A stretch of 64,000 nucleotides of DNA from Chiloscyllium plagiosum. Lineage: Eukaryota. Under the pieces are notes generated by a model. That model ran no database searches. It saw only the letters and a program-made list of their open reading frames with translations, and had not been told where the DNA came from. The stretch lies in assembly GCF_004010195.1 (NCBI RefSeq), contig NC_057749.1, positions 16,943,750-17,007,749 of the forward strand. The letters are read 5' to 3'. Of this stretch, positions 1 to 13,787 are shown piece after piece (the stretch's first letter is position 1; each line of letters starts with the position of its first letter). Made by a program: the position numbers and the translations under genes.

Positions 1-894
1 AGCAATTGCACCTCATCTGTACAAATTGCCAGAATGGGATGTACTCCACGCTCTTGTCCAGGTCTAGGCTGATAATCTTGCTGCTGGAACTCCAATTGTG
101 AGGTTTCTGTATTGGCAATAACCCCAACATCATTCCTCCAAATTGTAGTGAGACTAACTGGTCAGAAAAACACAGAATAGGGAGGCTCCAGTGTTTGAAT
201 CTCAGTCTTACAGAGTTATCTGACTTCACTGGAGCACCATTACAGAAACTAAGACTGACCTGTTTGCTTCTGAGAGGAGGAGTACAGCCTAAGCCTGTTG
301 TTAAGTAGCAAATCAGGTGATACTCAAAGTTCAAAAACTTATATAGGATTTCAAAAGAGTTTCCTTAGAAATTTAATTAATTCTTGTGGTATTATGTGCA
401 ATAAGGCTGGTGGTTTATGCCCATTCTTGAGGAGGCAGTGCCAAGTGCTTTCCATGGTGCAAGGAGCACCTGAAGTGATTTGATGCGCAGTAGTGTCTTG
501 TCAGCACATTTCAAGGGGAAGTTAAGAGTCAACGACCTTGCAGTGGGGGTGCTGGTAGAAGGCCAAGAAAGGACAACAGGTTTCCTTCCCTATAGGATTG
601 TTGTGAATAGGTTATGCTTTAATCACAATCAAATTTTACTGGTGTGGCTTTTTGCTTCCAGATTTAATAAACGCAATCTTGTGACACAAACTATGCTGGT
701 TGGAACTTACTAAATGGCTGACAAAGCAAACAATGAAATACAGTAAAAGATGGAAGGCCCACATTTGTATCACACTGTGCACAACATCAGGACATCCCAA
801 AGTACATCTCAGCTGTAAAGTACTTTTAAAGTGTAGTCACTGTTAACAATGTAGGAAAAGGTGACAGCACACTCTCACAATCAACCAGTGACCA

Positions 895-1195
895 GATTAG
901 ATTATATTAGACTCCCTACAGCATGGAAACAGGCCCTTTGGCCCAACCAGTCCACACCGACCCTCCGAAGAGTAACCCAACCAGACCCATTTCCCTCTGA
1001 CTAATGCACCACGGGAATTTAGCATGGCCAATTCACCTAACCTGCACATCTGTGGATCGTGGGAGTAAAACCTGAGCACCCGGAGGAAACCCACGCAGAC
1101 ACTGGGAGAATGTGCAAACTCCACACAGACAGTCACCAGAGGCTGGAATTGAACCTGGGACCCTGGTTGCTAACCACTGAGCCACTGTGCCACCC
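895..1195 (-). mobile_element. HE1-type V-SINE (tRNA-derived head, CR1-like tail), inserted into an older Deu-domain SINE
   Basis: GGCACAGTGGCTCAGTGGTTAGC head, TGTGTGGAGTTTGCACATTCTCCC core, GGCCTGTTTCCA tail. Confidence 0.85.
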
Positions 1196-4146
1196 TGATA
1201 ATCTGGTTTTTTGTAATGTTGGTTGAATGACAATTTGACTAAAATACTTGGGAGACCTCCCCTGCTCCTTTGTGAAAACTCCCTGTGGAAGCCTTAATGC
1301 TTACCAGCCTCTCAGACTGAAGTTTAAAGTCTCATCTGAAAAATGGCCAACCTGTCTTGCTCAGTACTGGTTTTGTAGTGTCAGCACGGATTAAGTGATC
1401 AAGTCTCTGGAAAGTGCATAAACAATGTTCACAAGAAAACAAAAAAAAGGATTTGTTTTTTACAAGGAGAGATTAAATGTTACTCTGGGAGACCATTCTG
1501 AATTGCAATTTTTGCATATAATAGGCACTGACACCATTGTTTATTTGTACATTAACAGGGGTCACAACAGACAGGGGTGCACTGGACCGAAACAGGCATG
1601 TTTCACAGTGGATCAGCAGCAGCGTAATTTATTTGGTGCAGCAGTAAATCAGCTCAATGTCAGCTTCTTGCACAATTTCAAATATTTTATTGTGCAAGCT
1701 GACAAGGAAGGACATGTGGGAGCTATCACAGGGAACTGCAAAACTGTCTCCAAGGTAAACCTGTAGTGATGAGACTTCAGGATAAACTGTGACGCCTGAA
1801 CAGAGTAATTCCACTGTCAGCTTGGGTTCAATGGGTAACATCTCGGCTTCCAAATCAAGGATTCTGAGTTCCAGCTCCACCCGAGAGCATTAATTCAAGC
1901 TGCCCCTGTACTGGAGTGTGGTAGTGTCAAAGCTGTTGGCTTTCCAATGAGGTATTAAAGGCCTGTCTGCCCTCTCAACCAGACAAACAGCAAGGCACTT
2001 CTTGTTGACGTCCTAACCAACATTCACCTGTCACCAACGACACTACATTGTCGCAAACAAAGCCCTGCGATGCTGGAGATCTGAAACAAACTAAAACAAA
2101 GTGCTGGAAAAACTCAGCAGGTCTGACAGTATGTGTGGAGACAAATATACAGAGTTAAAATTTCAGAGTTTATGCTCTGGCTAAGGGTTACTCGACTCAA
2201 AATGTTAACTCGCCTTCTCTCTCCACTGATGCTGCCAGATGTGTTGAGTTTCTCCAGCACTTTGTTTCTGTTTGTATGACATTATCTGATTTATTTTAGT
2301 CATCACCATGCTATCTGTGGCAGGTCACCGAGTAAAAATTGGTTACTGAGATTGTGAAAGGCAGTATATAAGTAAGAGTCTTTTGTTCTTTTCACATTTA
2401 CCAGGTGCACAAATTTTGGATATTATACATCATCTCAGTGTCGCACTAAGGAATCTACACTTTTCCATTTTCTTTTGACAACTCAGTTCCCTCAGTGCTT
2501 GAGACAGAAGTCCCTGCTCTCCCCTGCACCGATCTCCCTGCTCACCTTTACAGATCCACCTGCTTATTTGCTGCCTGTGCTGAGGTGGGGAAAGTGTGCA
2601 ACTGGGCTGGCAATTGGTGCAGCCCCAAACTCCCGACTCCATCCTGTCGTTAAGCAAGGCAAACATTTCCACAGCAGGACAGTCATTGGCACACTGAGTT
2701 GCTGGAACCTGAAGTTACAGTCTCACATTGTACTCCATAATGCATGAGGGAATATCCACAATCAGAGATATGGCACTCAGGTAGTACAGAATATAGAATA
2801 TCCTCTTACTGCTACATGCTGCCAGTGAGGTTACAATAGCTTGAAAAATTAATCAAAAGTTACACTTAAACAGCAACTTAATACATCTCTCAGAAATCAT
2901 TATCTTCACAAAGCTAAAAGCTATGTGCAGCAGCCACATCCCTCCCCCTCAGTGAGAAGGAGAAGCAGTTTTCCATGTTTAATATCCTGTTTGAAGAGGG
3001 ATGAACCTTGGTCAGGACACAGCATGCATTCCTTGGGCCATGTTTGATATTGCTAGTGGATGTTGAACACTTATCTGAGCAGGACAAGGCTTTGGTAAAT
3101 CTTCTGTGAACAGGGAGCGCCTTTATTTAATGTCTCAACGGGGTAGCTCTGACAATGCAGCGCCTCCTGTACTAGAACTGGGTCCTCAGAGTGTGCTGAG
3201 GTCACTGGAATGCAGCATGAACCCAATGACTTTGGAATTCAGAAGAGAAACCACTCCCAACTGAGTCAAGCTGACAAAAATCAAAGGATAAATTCAGAAC
3301 ATCAATGTAGTTAAAATGGTTTTGCAACAACAAACTCACAGGCATCCTGTGCCTTTAAGAACAGTGGTGTTTTGTAATCCCAGTGGTGCTCTACTCAAAG
3401 ATATTTTGATAATTAACTCCATACCCAGAAAGAGAGAGACAAGGGGGAAGGGCAGCAGCAGAACATAAACAGAGAAACCTTGAACAGGACAAATGAGAGC
3501 AGGCAGGAGGGGACAGTAAACAGAGATAGAGATGACACAGCTCAAACCCAGTGACCTTCTCAAGGACACCAGTTTCTGCCACATAATTGCGGACTGCAAT
3601 GCATTTAGTGATTACATTCACCAACATAGCTATTGCGCACAATCCTGGTACACAACTCTTGTCAGCTAATGGCTACCAGGAATCTCAAGGTCTTCACTTC
3701 TTTTAATCAGCGTCGTCTCTCATCAAGGAACATTGTACTGTCAAAGATGTTGTCTTTCTGATGGTTTGGAGACACTGGTGTTGGACTATAACCTGGTGCT
3801 GTGCGATTTTTAACTCTTTCCAATGAGGCATTAAAGCCCTTTCTGCCCTCTCAACCAGTCAAAGAGCAAGACAGTTCTCGTTAAAGTCCCTGTGGGATAT
3901 ACAGTAGACCCACATGGTGCCACTTCATGGACTGTGTCATGGAAGGCAGGACAGAAAAATCAAATAAAAGCAAAATATTGCAGATGCTGGAGATCTGAAA
4001 TAAAAACAGTGAGCACTGGAGAAACGCAGCAGGACTGGCAGCATCTGTGGAGAGAGTTCAAAGACTCCAAAAAGGAGTCCTGCTCAGTTTCACCTGCATG
4101 GTTTTTTTTACTGCAGTAAGGTGCAGTTTCAGTCTCCAGGGTATGC

Positions 4147-4380
4147 ATTTTCTTTTAGGGGAAAGTGTGCACTACAGGTGCTGGAGATCAGAGTCAAGAG
4201 CGCGGTGCTGGAAAAGCACAGCAGGTCAGGCAGCATCCATGGAGCAGGAGAATCAATGTTTCAGGCATAAGCCCTTCCTGATGAAGGGCATATACCCAAA
4301 ACGTCAATTCTCCTGTTCCTTGGATGCTGTCTGATCTGCTGTGCTTTTCTAGCACCACACTCTTGATTTTCTGGTAGGGG
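4147..4380. mobile_element. Penelope-derived palindrome with mutated hammerhead core
   Basis: CTGATGAAGGGCATATACCCAAAACGTC; imperfect flanking direct repeat. Confidence 0.8.
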
Positions 4381-4799
4381 GTGAGTTAAATAACTGCACC
4401 TCCTAGCTGGGACTGAGGCTAATTGTGATGCCTTCCACTGTTCACCTGGCTCAAGATCTACCCCACAGAACTCTGAAATGGTATAGTGTTAACTGACATG
4501 GAATCCACAGACAAAACCAGATTTACTGGTTCTTTAATCACTCGACAATGTGACAAGCGTGTATTGGAATTGCTCACTTGGAGTCAGGCAAACAGCTTCT
4601 AAGGGTGGGAATGTTCAGCTAACAGAAATAACCCCACCTCACCTCTCTCCTAGGCATACACTCCTTCAGTCAAAACACTATCTAGGTCCGTCCTGAATTC
4701 ACTGACTAATTTCTTCCCAACCCCAGCAGGAGACAATGCCACCTTGTGAATCTGTTTGTCTTTCTCTCTGCAGAACTAGAATCTTTACAGCTTGTGTTT

Positions 4800-5020
4800 T
4801 TTCCATGGTTTGGAGGTGCTGGTGTTGGACTGAGTATAATTGCTGTTTGTTCAATCTAGGTTTGTTGAATATATCCCATCAGTTGCATGGCACTTTTCGC
4901 TATAAATTCTGTGTGCTATGATCCTGCTTCACCAGCTACCTGATGAAGGAGCAGTGCTCTGAAAGCTTGTACTTCCAAGTAAACCTGTTGGACTATGACC
5001 TGGTGTTGTGTGATTTTAAA
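4800..5020 (+). mobile_element. Terminal repeat of a second Penelope family with hammerhead motif at ~4940-4968
   Basis: CTGATGA-A-GGAGC/AGT/GCTCT-GAAAGCTT; related deleted copy at ~3760-3820. Confidence 0.7.
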
Positions 5021-5308
5021 CAATTTATTTCAGCTCAACTTCTCTACGTCTGTCAGAATTTGGTTCACCGCAGTTTAATTGACAGCATAACCAAATCACA
5101 AATACATATGATCCTGTCATCCATCAGATTCTGAATCACAAAGATTTACAACTCCTGTAAAATATCTTTATAATTTTCACACAATATCTTTACCCAGTGC
5201 AACGATAATGAGGTGTTTTGACAGAAAGGGAAACTGCAATTAAAAATAAATACTGTACAGGAAAGGCATTTCAATAAACACCATGGTTACTGTGAAGTTG
5301 AAAATTTG

Positions 5309-5526
5309 TGAACTGAAAAGGGTTGAAAAATGTGGTGCTGGAAAAACACAGCAGGCCAGGCAGCATCTGAGGAGCAGGAGAATCGACGTTTCGGGCATAT
5401 GCCCGAAACGTCGATTCTCCTGCTCCTCGGATGCTGCCTGGCCTGCTGTGTTTTTCCAGCACCACATTTTTCATCTCTGCTACTCCAGCATCTGCAGTCT
5501 TCACTTTCTCCTGAACTGAAAAGGGT
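5309..5526. mobile_element. Penelope-derived palindrome (5324-5473) lacking the CUGA core, 15 bp TSD
   Basis: TSD TGAACTGAAAAGGGT at 5309 and 5512; centre GGGCATATGCCC. Confidence 0.88.
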
Positions 5527-6218
5527 GACAGGTGAAGGTGCAGGAGGTGACAGAGGATGTGGCTCTTCCATTTCAGATGGAGAGGCCTCAGCACAGTTTA
5601 CAACAGCAGGCAGAGGCATGATGGGCCTAAAGGCCTTTATTTGTTCTGTATGGTTCTAAAATCACTATAAAATAGGGAGATGGAGTTAAAGCAGCACCAC
5701 ATTAGGTTAAAGGTCATGAGGCCAACAAGGAAGGCCAGTTTTCACTGAGTAGCCAGATATCACCCCACCCACCTCCTAACCACATCCCCTAACCACAATA
5801 TATACCACATCCCTCAACCTCACCACTTCATGCCTCAATCCCTTCTTTTTCTAGAAACAAAACCAACTACCATGGTCCCAATTAAAGTCTTTCTTGGGAA
5901 TTTATTCCATTATATAAAGTTAATAATGGTGTCACCAGCTTCCCTTTTAACTAACTTTCTTAATCTTTCAATTTGTCAATTTCCTTTATAATCCTTAAAA
6001 TGTCCATGCTATTTCCAAACATAGCATGCAGCCTATCCTGTTTACTGCAGTCATTCTGACCCCCAGTCAGTTCAATTCTGGATTACTCAATCACAATCAT
6101 TTAAAAACTGGAATCTAAATGAAGCAAATTGATGCAGTAAAACGCATTGATGCTATTGGAAGCAACTATGTCATATACTGCCCTCCCTATCCTTTCAACT
6201 ATCTACTCCCATTTAATT

Positions 6219-6524
6219 GGCAGCACATTGGCTCAGTGGTTAGCCAGGGACCCGGGTTCAATTCCACTTCAGGCGACTGTCTGTGTGGAGTCTGCACATG
6301 CTGCCCGTGTCTGCATGGGTTTCCTCCGGGTGCTCCGGTTTCCTCCCACAGTGAATAGATGTGCAGGTTAGGTGGATTGCCATGGGAAATTGCACATGGT
6401 GTCCATGGATGTCCATGGGGAATGCAGGGTTAGAGGGATAAGGTAGGGACTGTAGGTCTTGGTGGGATACTCTTCGGAATCGATAGGCTGAATGGCCTGC
6501 TTCCACACTGTAGGGATTCTATGA
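6219..6524 (+). mobile_element. HE1-type V-SINE
   Basis: Same head, core and tail motifs. Confidence 0.85.
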
Positions 6525-7939
6525 TCAATAAAGGTGGTAGTCACACAGCAGGACACCAACAATACCTGCTGGGATCTCAATCTGGTGGCCATGCTTCAGG
6601 TGTGAACTGTGATAGCAAAGGTCAGTGGCTATTCTACTATAGGAAGCATCACAATCAAATCTGGTAATGGTTTCATCGAACATACAGACTTGCCATTGGA
6701 TGCAACTCATGGATTAGCACAAAGATTTGCTTGATCCGTCCCAAATTCAAATACAGTCCACTGGCAGTGAGCTGGCTGGGGGTCAAGGATGGGGCTCTTC
6801 CCGATTTGTGTGACTGAATTACATGTTGTCCCTACGCAGGGAGACACCATAAATCTGATCACCTCCAGAAAAATTTGCTACTGGCATCACTTCATAGAAC
6901 ACATTAGTGACTCAAAGTATACGAATTATTTGGCACAACATTCAGTCATCGGAAAGATTAACTCAATTTAATCACAGATTGGTCTAACGTCATGTCTCAA
7001 TTGGAAAAACACCACTAATTAAAAACAGTAGCCCCCCATTCCAAATTGACACCACCCACTAACGTAGATCACTCCCTTGCAGTTCTATAACATTGGTGAT
7101 GAAATTATTTAAGATTGACAGTGGGCAATGTCCCTGCTAAATGCTCCCATCTCCAGAATCATGTTCCCAATGTTCTCCCCATCTCTCTCCCTTTCGTCTA
7201 ACATCCTGCTCAAAATGCAACCCATCCTCATCCAGAATTGTTTGTTCGCTCTGTAGGAATTACGCCAAGTGTGTTTGTTATCTCAATTAACCACTTTACT
7301 CTCATGTGACCATTTCTGTCCTGAACCTGCTGCAATGCTCCAAGGAATATTAATTGGAACATGTTTCAATTTTGCATTAGGATGGAAGCATCCAAGAGTG
7401 CAATGCTCAGTGAAAAATGATACATTTGATTGTATTTTCTGCAATAGCTGACTTGAACTGCTTTGCAATGGACTCAGATAATTTATGAATTAAATATATA
7501 TTTTGGAAATAAATAAAAACAAGCCATTACATCTCACTGAGGCTTCAAGGAATGAATGTAGGTCGATAAAACCTGAATGCTGCCATGTTTTTCACATATA
7601 CATCAAACAAGTACAGATGGTTTTGATTTATTAACCAGTCTTCCTTGAAACACCAACTGATTATAGGGTACAGATATGCACTGCTGCTGGATTCACTAAT
7701 ATGTGGGAATGATTACCACACAGTAATCTAATCAGGGAGGTGATGTCAATCCACTAGAGGCAAGTTCAATTAGTTCATACCTGTCAACTGATCCACAAGA
7801 TGAGATCGCAATCTCAAAATGACTCAGTTATTAATATAAACAGGATCATTAAAACATTTATTCAGCAGTTCTGCAGTGTTTATGTTGTGAATTATGTCTA
7901 CATCAAGGCAAGTGTTGTTAAAGCCAAGAAATGAAACAC

Positions 7940-10030
7940 CACATTAAACACTCCCTGGACAGGTATATAGTAGCTACATACATAGTAAAGTACCCTCTAC
8001 AATTTTAGGCTAAAAGGAAAGCTTCCTCTACTGTCTCTGACAAACAGTTCCAAGATAGGTACAGGCTGGGGTCAGATATAGAGTCAAGCTCCTTCTACAC
8101 TGCGACCATCAAATACTCCCAGGACAGGTACGGATTTAGATATAGAAAAGTAAAGCTCTCTTGACACTGCCTCCATCAAACACTCCGAGAACGACAAATG
8201 AAGTCTAGAAAATGCAGAGAAATAAACTCTGATGCTTTAAAACCAGTTCACATTACAGAAGAGGTTGTTTGAGAGGTTTTGGGAATATAATGGTGGGATA
8301 AAATCTCCAGATCTGACCTAATGTGTCCCAGACCATTACGGGAATTAAGAGAGGAATTTACGAGACCCCTGGTTGAAATATCTGCATCAGCTACAAGTAG
8401 GGGTGAGGTACCTGATGGTTGCTAATGTTGTACCTTTGTTAAGAAGAGTTGTAAGGAGGAACCAGGGAATGAAAGACCTTTGAGTCTGACTTCGGATGTG
8501 GGTAAATTGTTGGAGGTGATTATAAAAGATAGGATTTATGGACATTTAGAGAGGCAAACATCAATTAAGGATAGTCAGCATGGTTTTGTGCCAGGAAAAT
8601 CATGTCTCACAAACTTGATTGAGTTTTTTGAGGAAGTTAATTGATGATGGCAGAGTAGTAGACGTTGTCTATTTGGATTTTAGTAAAGCCTTTGACAAGA
8701 TTCCATATGGTAAACTAATTAATAAAGTTAGGTCACATGGGATTCAGGGTGAGCTTGCCAATTGGATAAATAATAGACTTAATGGCAGGAGAGAGAGAGT
8801 AACAGGGTGAAGGGTTGCTTTTCAGACTGGAGGCCTGTGACTAGCGGTATTCCACAGAGATCCGTTCTGGGTTCTCTTTTATTTGTCATTTATATAAACA
8901 ATTTGGATGGGAATATGGAAGGGATGGTTAGTAAGTTTGTGGACGACACCAAAATTGGTGGCACAGTAGACAGTGAAGAAGGTTTTCTAAGAATAGAGAG
9001 GGATTTTGATCAAATGGGTCAATGGGCTGAAAAATGGCAGATTGAGTTCAATTTGGATAAATGAGAGGTATTGCATTTTGATAAAACAATCAAGGGTCGT
9101 GCTTATACAATTAAAGGTAGGGCCTCGGGCAGTGTTAGAGAACAGAGGGACCGAGGGGTGCAGGTACATATTTCTTTCAGGTTTGCATCACTTATAGACA
9201 GGATGGTTAAAAAGGTGTTTGGTACACTTGCCTTCATTGCGCAGTCCATTGAGCATAGGAATTGGGAAGTCATATTGTTGTACAGACACTGCTGAGGTAT
9301 CTTCTGGAATACTGTGTCCAGTTCTGGTTGCCCAGTTATAGGCAAGATATTATTAAGCTGGAGAGGTTTACCAGGATGTTGCCAGGTATAGAAGGATTGA
9401 GTTTTAGAGAAAGGCTGGACAGGCTGGGACTTTTTTCACTGGAGCATAGGAGGTTGACAGGTGATCTATTGGAAGTTTATAAAATAATGAGAAGTATGGA
9501 TAGAGTTAATAGTAGTTGTCTTTCTCCTAGGATGGGGGATTTCAAGGTCGGGGGGTACATTTTTAAAGTGAGAGGAGAGAGATTTAAAAATGACACAAGA
9601 GACGAAATTTTTACAGAGGGTGGTTTGCGTGTGGAATGAGCTTCCTGAGAAAGTGGTGAATGCAGGAGACATTTGGATAGATACATGAACAGGAAAGGTT
9701 TGGAGGGATATGGGCCAGGAGCTGGCAGGAGGGATGAGTTTAGTTTGGGATTAGGGTCAGCATGGACTGGTTGGACCGAAAGGTCTGTTTCCGTGCTGTA
9801 TGACTATGACTCTATGACAGGGACAGCATGGGGTTAGATACAGAGTAAAGCTCCCTTTGCACTGTCGCTATCAAACACTCCCAGGACTGGAACAGCACGG
9901 GGTTAGATACACAGTAAAGCTCACTTGACGCTTTTAAAGTAAAATAAATGGAAAGTAAATCACTCTTTATACTGAACCCATCAAATACTCCCAGGACAGA
10001 TACAGCATTTTAGAAACAGACTTAAGTTTC
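7940..10030 (+). repeat. ~68 bp minisatellite (CATCAAACACTCCCAGGACAGG...GGGTTAGATACAGAGTAAAGCTC) at 7940-8190 and 9817-10030, split by a CR1
   Basis: About seven degenerate units; reverse-orientation array at ~40680-40730 and 41220-41450. Confidence 0.75.
8270..9815 (+). mobile_element. 5'-truncated, decayed CR1 LINE (RT domain to 3' tail)
   Basis: Fragments VDVVYLDFSKAFDK, SGIPQRSVLG, KFVDDTKIGG, LEYCVQFW; tail TATGACTCTATGAC. Confidence 0.92.
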
Positions 10031-10454
10031 CTCTTTTCCAATAATATGCCTCAGATCTAACATCATTTAATTTCCTTTTTGCACTTGCTTCATAATTTTG
10101 CATTTCCCACATTAGCTATATTCCGGTTTTTGAAGATTTGTGATAACAAAGGGATGCACCCAGATTCAGGACAACAGTAGGAAAATAAACTGTAGGCAAG
10201 ATGCTGGCCTTCTGATGAAACCACATTTTCAGAAGAAACCAAATGAAAATTAAAAGGAATATATGGAAACAAAATTCCCATTAATTACAATCACCAGATA
10301 CTTCGTAGGAAAGATTTTCAGCAAGAAAATCCTTTCTCCAACGTACAACAGCACAGCTCCCACGTGAAAGGTATACAATCACTGTTAGATGGAAAATGAA
10401 AAAGTTTCTCAGGAGAAACACTGAGTCAGACAGAGGGGTGGGGATGGGGGAGAG

Positions 10455-10790
10455 CAAGAGAGAGAGAGCGAGAGAGCGAGCGAGAGAGAGAGCGAGAGAG
10501 CGAGCGAGAGAGAGAGCAAGAGAGAGAGAGCGCGAGAGAGAGAGAGAGCGAGAGAGAGAGCGAGAGAGAGAGAGCGCGAGAGAGAGAGCGCGAGAGAGAG
10601 AGCGCGAGAGAGAGAGAGCGAGANNNNNNNNNNAGCGAGAGCGAGAGCGAAAGCGGAGAGGAAGAGGACGAGAAGAGAGAGGAGACAAGAGACAAGAGAC
10701 AAAAAGAGAGAGAGGGATGGGGCAGAAAGGTGGTGGGAAAGAGGGTGACAAAGAGAAGTGGAGACAGAGCAAGAGAGACAGAAAGAAAAA
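10455..10790. repeat. (GA)n/(GAGC)n microsatellite and purine-rich tract with a 10-N gap
   Basis: Direct inspection. Confidence 0.95.
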
Positions 10791-10908
10791 CAGCCTTTCT
10801 TGCTTATGGTTAAGTGAGAGAGGGAGAAAGGATACTAGTGACAGTCAGAGCTGGTGACAGAAAGTTTGGGGTGGATGCAGTTCAACGGTTGGACCCGAGT
10901 GATGTTAC

Positions 10909-11019
10909 CTCCAAGTCGTTTGTGTTGTTCCCAATCTGGTTGACATTGGGCAATGATCCTCCATAATACTGTGCCCGGGTCTGTGCTAAACGTAAGTGGT
11001 GTAGTTTGTGAAACTGTAC
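10909..11019 (-). CDS. CRTC3: CRTC coding exon 2 VQFHKLHHLRLAQTRAQYYGGSLPNVNQIGNNTNDLE; gene continues beyond the left edge
   Basis: ctcctag/gtaaca sites, 111 nt, phase 0/0, conserved GGSLPNV motif; not in the ORF track. Confidence 0.9.
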
Positions 11020-11469
11020 CTAGGAGTAATTAGAAAATGGAATCAGTTTACAGTCGCTTAAGCATGTCAATCATAATTAAGTTGGGGGCAGATATTTGGC
11101 AAATATAATTCTACAGAAGATATAGCACAGCAACAGTCCATTCAGCCTAACATGTTTATGTTATGGTTAATGCTCTATTTGCATTTCTTCCCATCTTTTT
11201 CATCTACCAGTACAACTCTCTGTATCTTCCTTCATCTTATGCATCTGGCTTAATTTTAAATGCATCTATAATGCAGAGACAGAATTTTCTAGCCTTTCAC
11301 AAGTCTGAAACTAGTCAAATCAACCAACACAAGTTATGTGTAAAAAGAACCAGATTGTCTGCACTTCAAGCTCCAGGGAACACGTGTGTCCTAGTTTGGA
11401 TGTGCTAGAGGAAATATTAAAAAGAAAGATGGATTGCCATAACACAGCAATTCCCATGACCACCACAAA

Positions 11470-11760
11470 TACTTTACAATCAATTAAATACTTTCTGAAG
11501 TGTAGTCACAGCTGTAATGCTGAAAAAATGGAAGCTGATTTGTACACAACAAACCCCCACAAACAGCAACATGATGATGTCCAGACCATTCGTTTTTGTT
11601 TGATATTGATTGAGAGATAAATACCGGCCAAGTTTCTGGGGATAACTCCATTGCCATACTTCAGAATAGTGGAACTTTTACATCAGCTTGAGCAGGCAGA
11701 TAGGCCTCAGTTCAACATCTTAACTGAAAGATGGCACCCTGACAGTGCAGCACTCCCTTA
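11470..11760 (-). mobile_element. Old Deu-domain (SacSINE1/AmnSINE-like) SINE; other decayed copies at ~760-1410, 1810-2390, 2975-3275, 19185-20230, 28200-28535, 34380-34540, 35440-35800
   Basis: CTGACAGTGCAGCACTCCCT and GAAAGATGGCACC motifs resembling the Deu domain as recalled. Confidence 0.6.
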
Positions 11761-11889
11761 ACAGCTTTGTCCCTTCTTCACCTGCAAAAAACAAACCTGC
11801 ACGTTGGACAGCTCACAAATCTCCACGCAGCCAGGAAGGACATTTTGGAACGCTCAGAAAGACCGTTGTTGCATTTCCACAAAATCAAT

Positions 11890-13122
11890 TGGCCAATGTA
11901 GCCTAAAATAAGTCATAGGGAAGTTGCTAGAATCTATTATTGAGGAGGTTATAGCAGGCCTGTTAGAAAATCAAACTATCAGAAAGAGTCAACATGGCTC
12001 TCTAAAAGGAAAATCCTGCTTGACTAATTTATTAGAGGATCTTTGAGGAGGTATCAAGCAAGGTGAATAAAGAGAATCTTGTGGATATGGAGTACACATG
12101 CTAACGAAACACAAGGATTACTGCACAAGACTAGAGCACAAGGTGTAGGAGTAACATATTAGAAGGGACAAAGGATTGGTTAGTTAACAGGAATTAAAGA
12201 GTCAAGATAACACAGTTTTTTGGGTTGGCAATTTATAATAAGTATAGTATAATGTATATCAAAGAGTTTGATTAATGTATGCTTGCTAAATTTGTCCATG
12301 ATAGAGAGATAGAAAAGCAAGTTATGTAAAATAGATCCAGGCAGGTTAGGTCAGTGGGTTGAAAAAAACTGGTAGTTAGGAGTATAATTTGGGAAATATG
12401 AACTTGTTCATTTTGAAAGGAAGAATAGAGATACATTATTTCATTAAGATGACAAGACTCATTGGTAAGGTGGGACCTGGGTGACCCGACACATAAATCA
12501 TAAAAGGTTACTATCCAGATACAGCAAGCAATTAGAAAAGCAGATGGAATGTTGGCTTTTATTGGAAGGGAAATGGAATATAAAAGTCAGGAAGTTTTAC
12601 TGTAGCTGCACAGTGCCATGGGGATTCCACACCTGGGGCGGTGTATAAAAGTTTCGTCTCCTTATTTGAAAATGACATCATTGCATGATAAACAGGCCAG
12701 AGAACTGAAATCATTCCTGGGATGAAGGACTTTACTTTCGCAGAAAAGCTGAACAGGTTGGGCCTATTCCCTTTAGAGTTTAGAAAATTGACGTGATCGT
12801 ATTTAAACATACAAGATCCTTCAGGGCTTAAGGTGGGTTTTGGCAGGATGCTTCCTCGTGTGGGGAGACAAGAACCAAGGAACACAATTTATGAAGAAGA
12901 GGTTCCCCTCTTAAGACGGAGGGAAGAACCTTATTTTCTTTCAGATGCTCGTTAGTTGGTGAATTCCCTTCCCTGTGAAGCAATGGAGGCTGAGTCAGAT
13001 AGTTTTTGACAGACCAGAGAGGAAAGTGAAGTTGACACTACACCCAGAGCAACAAGGAGTTTATTGAAAGGCAGAGCAGACTCAAAGGGCCGAATGGCCT
13101 ACTCCTGCTCCTAATTTCTATG
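11890..13122 (+). mobile_element. Old, heavily decayed CR1 LINE
   Basis: Remnants of SQHGF/KSCLTNL and tail GGGCCGAATGGCCTACTCCTGCTCC. Confidence 0.75.
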
Positions 13123-13787
13123 CTCCCACATTAACAGGCCCCATTCACTGAACTGTTGTTCTGAGAATCTTGCTCTCCACAAAATGGCTGGCATGGTTTC
13201 GGTAAAGTGCTTTGGTCTGTTCCGTTTAGCAGAGAGGTTCAAAGGTGCTGGCCTGAATGCTGGTCTCAAGGGAAAGTGTAATGAAACCAGTCATGTTGCA
13301 GTAAGTGGCAGACTGCCCAAATAACCAGCAACCCAGATTTATTATTGCTCAAGACTGTCTGTTCTCCATCAACTGCATGAGTCAAAAAGAGGGAGGAGGA
13401 ATATTTTGCAATGGTTATCTGCATGGATTCAGTAAATATTGACACAGAACCGGTCAGTTTTTTAAAAATGAACTAATTAACCACTTGCCTTGCTTTATTT
13501 TCCAAATGCTAATGTTATATGTATGGCAACCAAACCTCACACAGTCACTGTGAATTATTACAAAACTGATCAAACTGAGTCGAGAAACACTGGTCTTCCT
13601 TTACCTGAGAAAATCTTACCTTTGGCTCATTAATGCATGGACTCAAACTGGATTGTAATTCCACAGCTTCAGTCACCTTCTTTAAATGGGCATTCTGAGA
13701 CCACAAAGCTGGAATTAAACAAGCTACTCAAGTGCAGAAAGTATTAAAACCAAACCTGACCCTGTCTTTACCCAACATCCACACACA

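Noticed and set aside
10281..10857. Long ORFs of RE/RA or LS/LA repeats
   Set aside because: Translations of the (GA)n microsatellite spanning an N gap.
1..10908. CRTC exon 3 (RHHGLV motif)
   Set aside because: Not found by eye on the minus strand; probably beyond the left edge.
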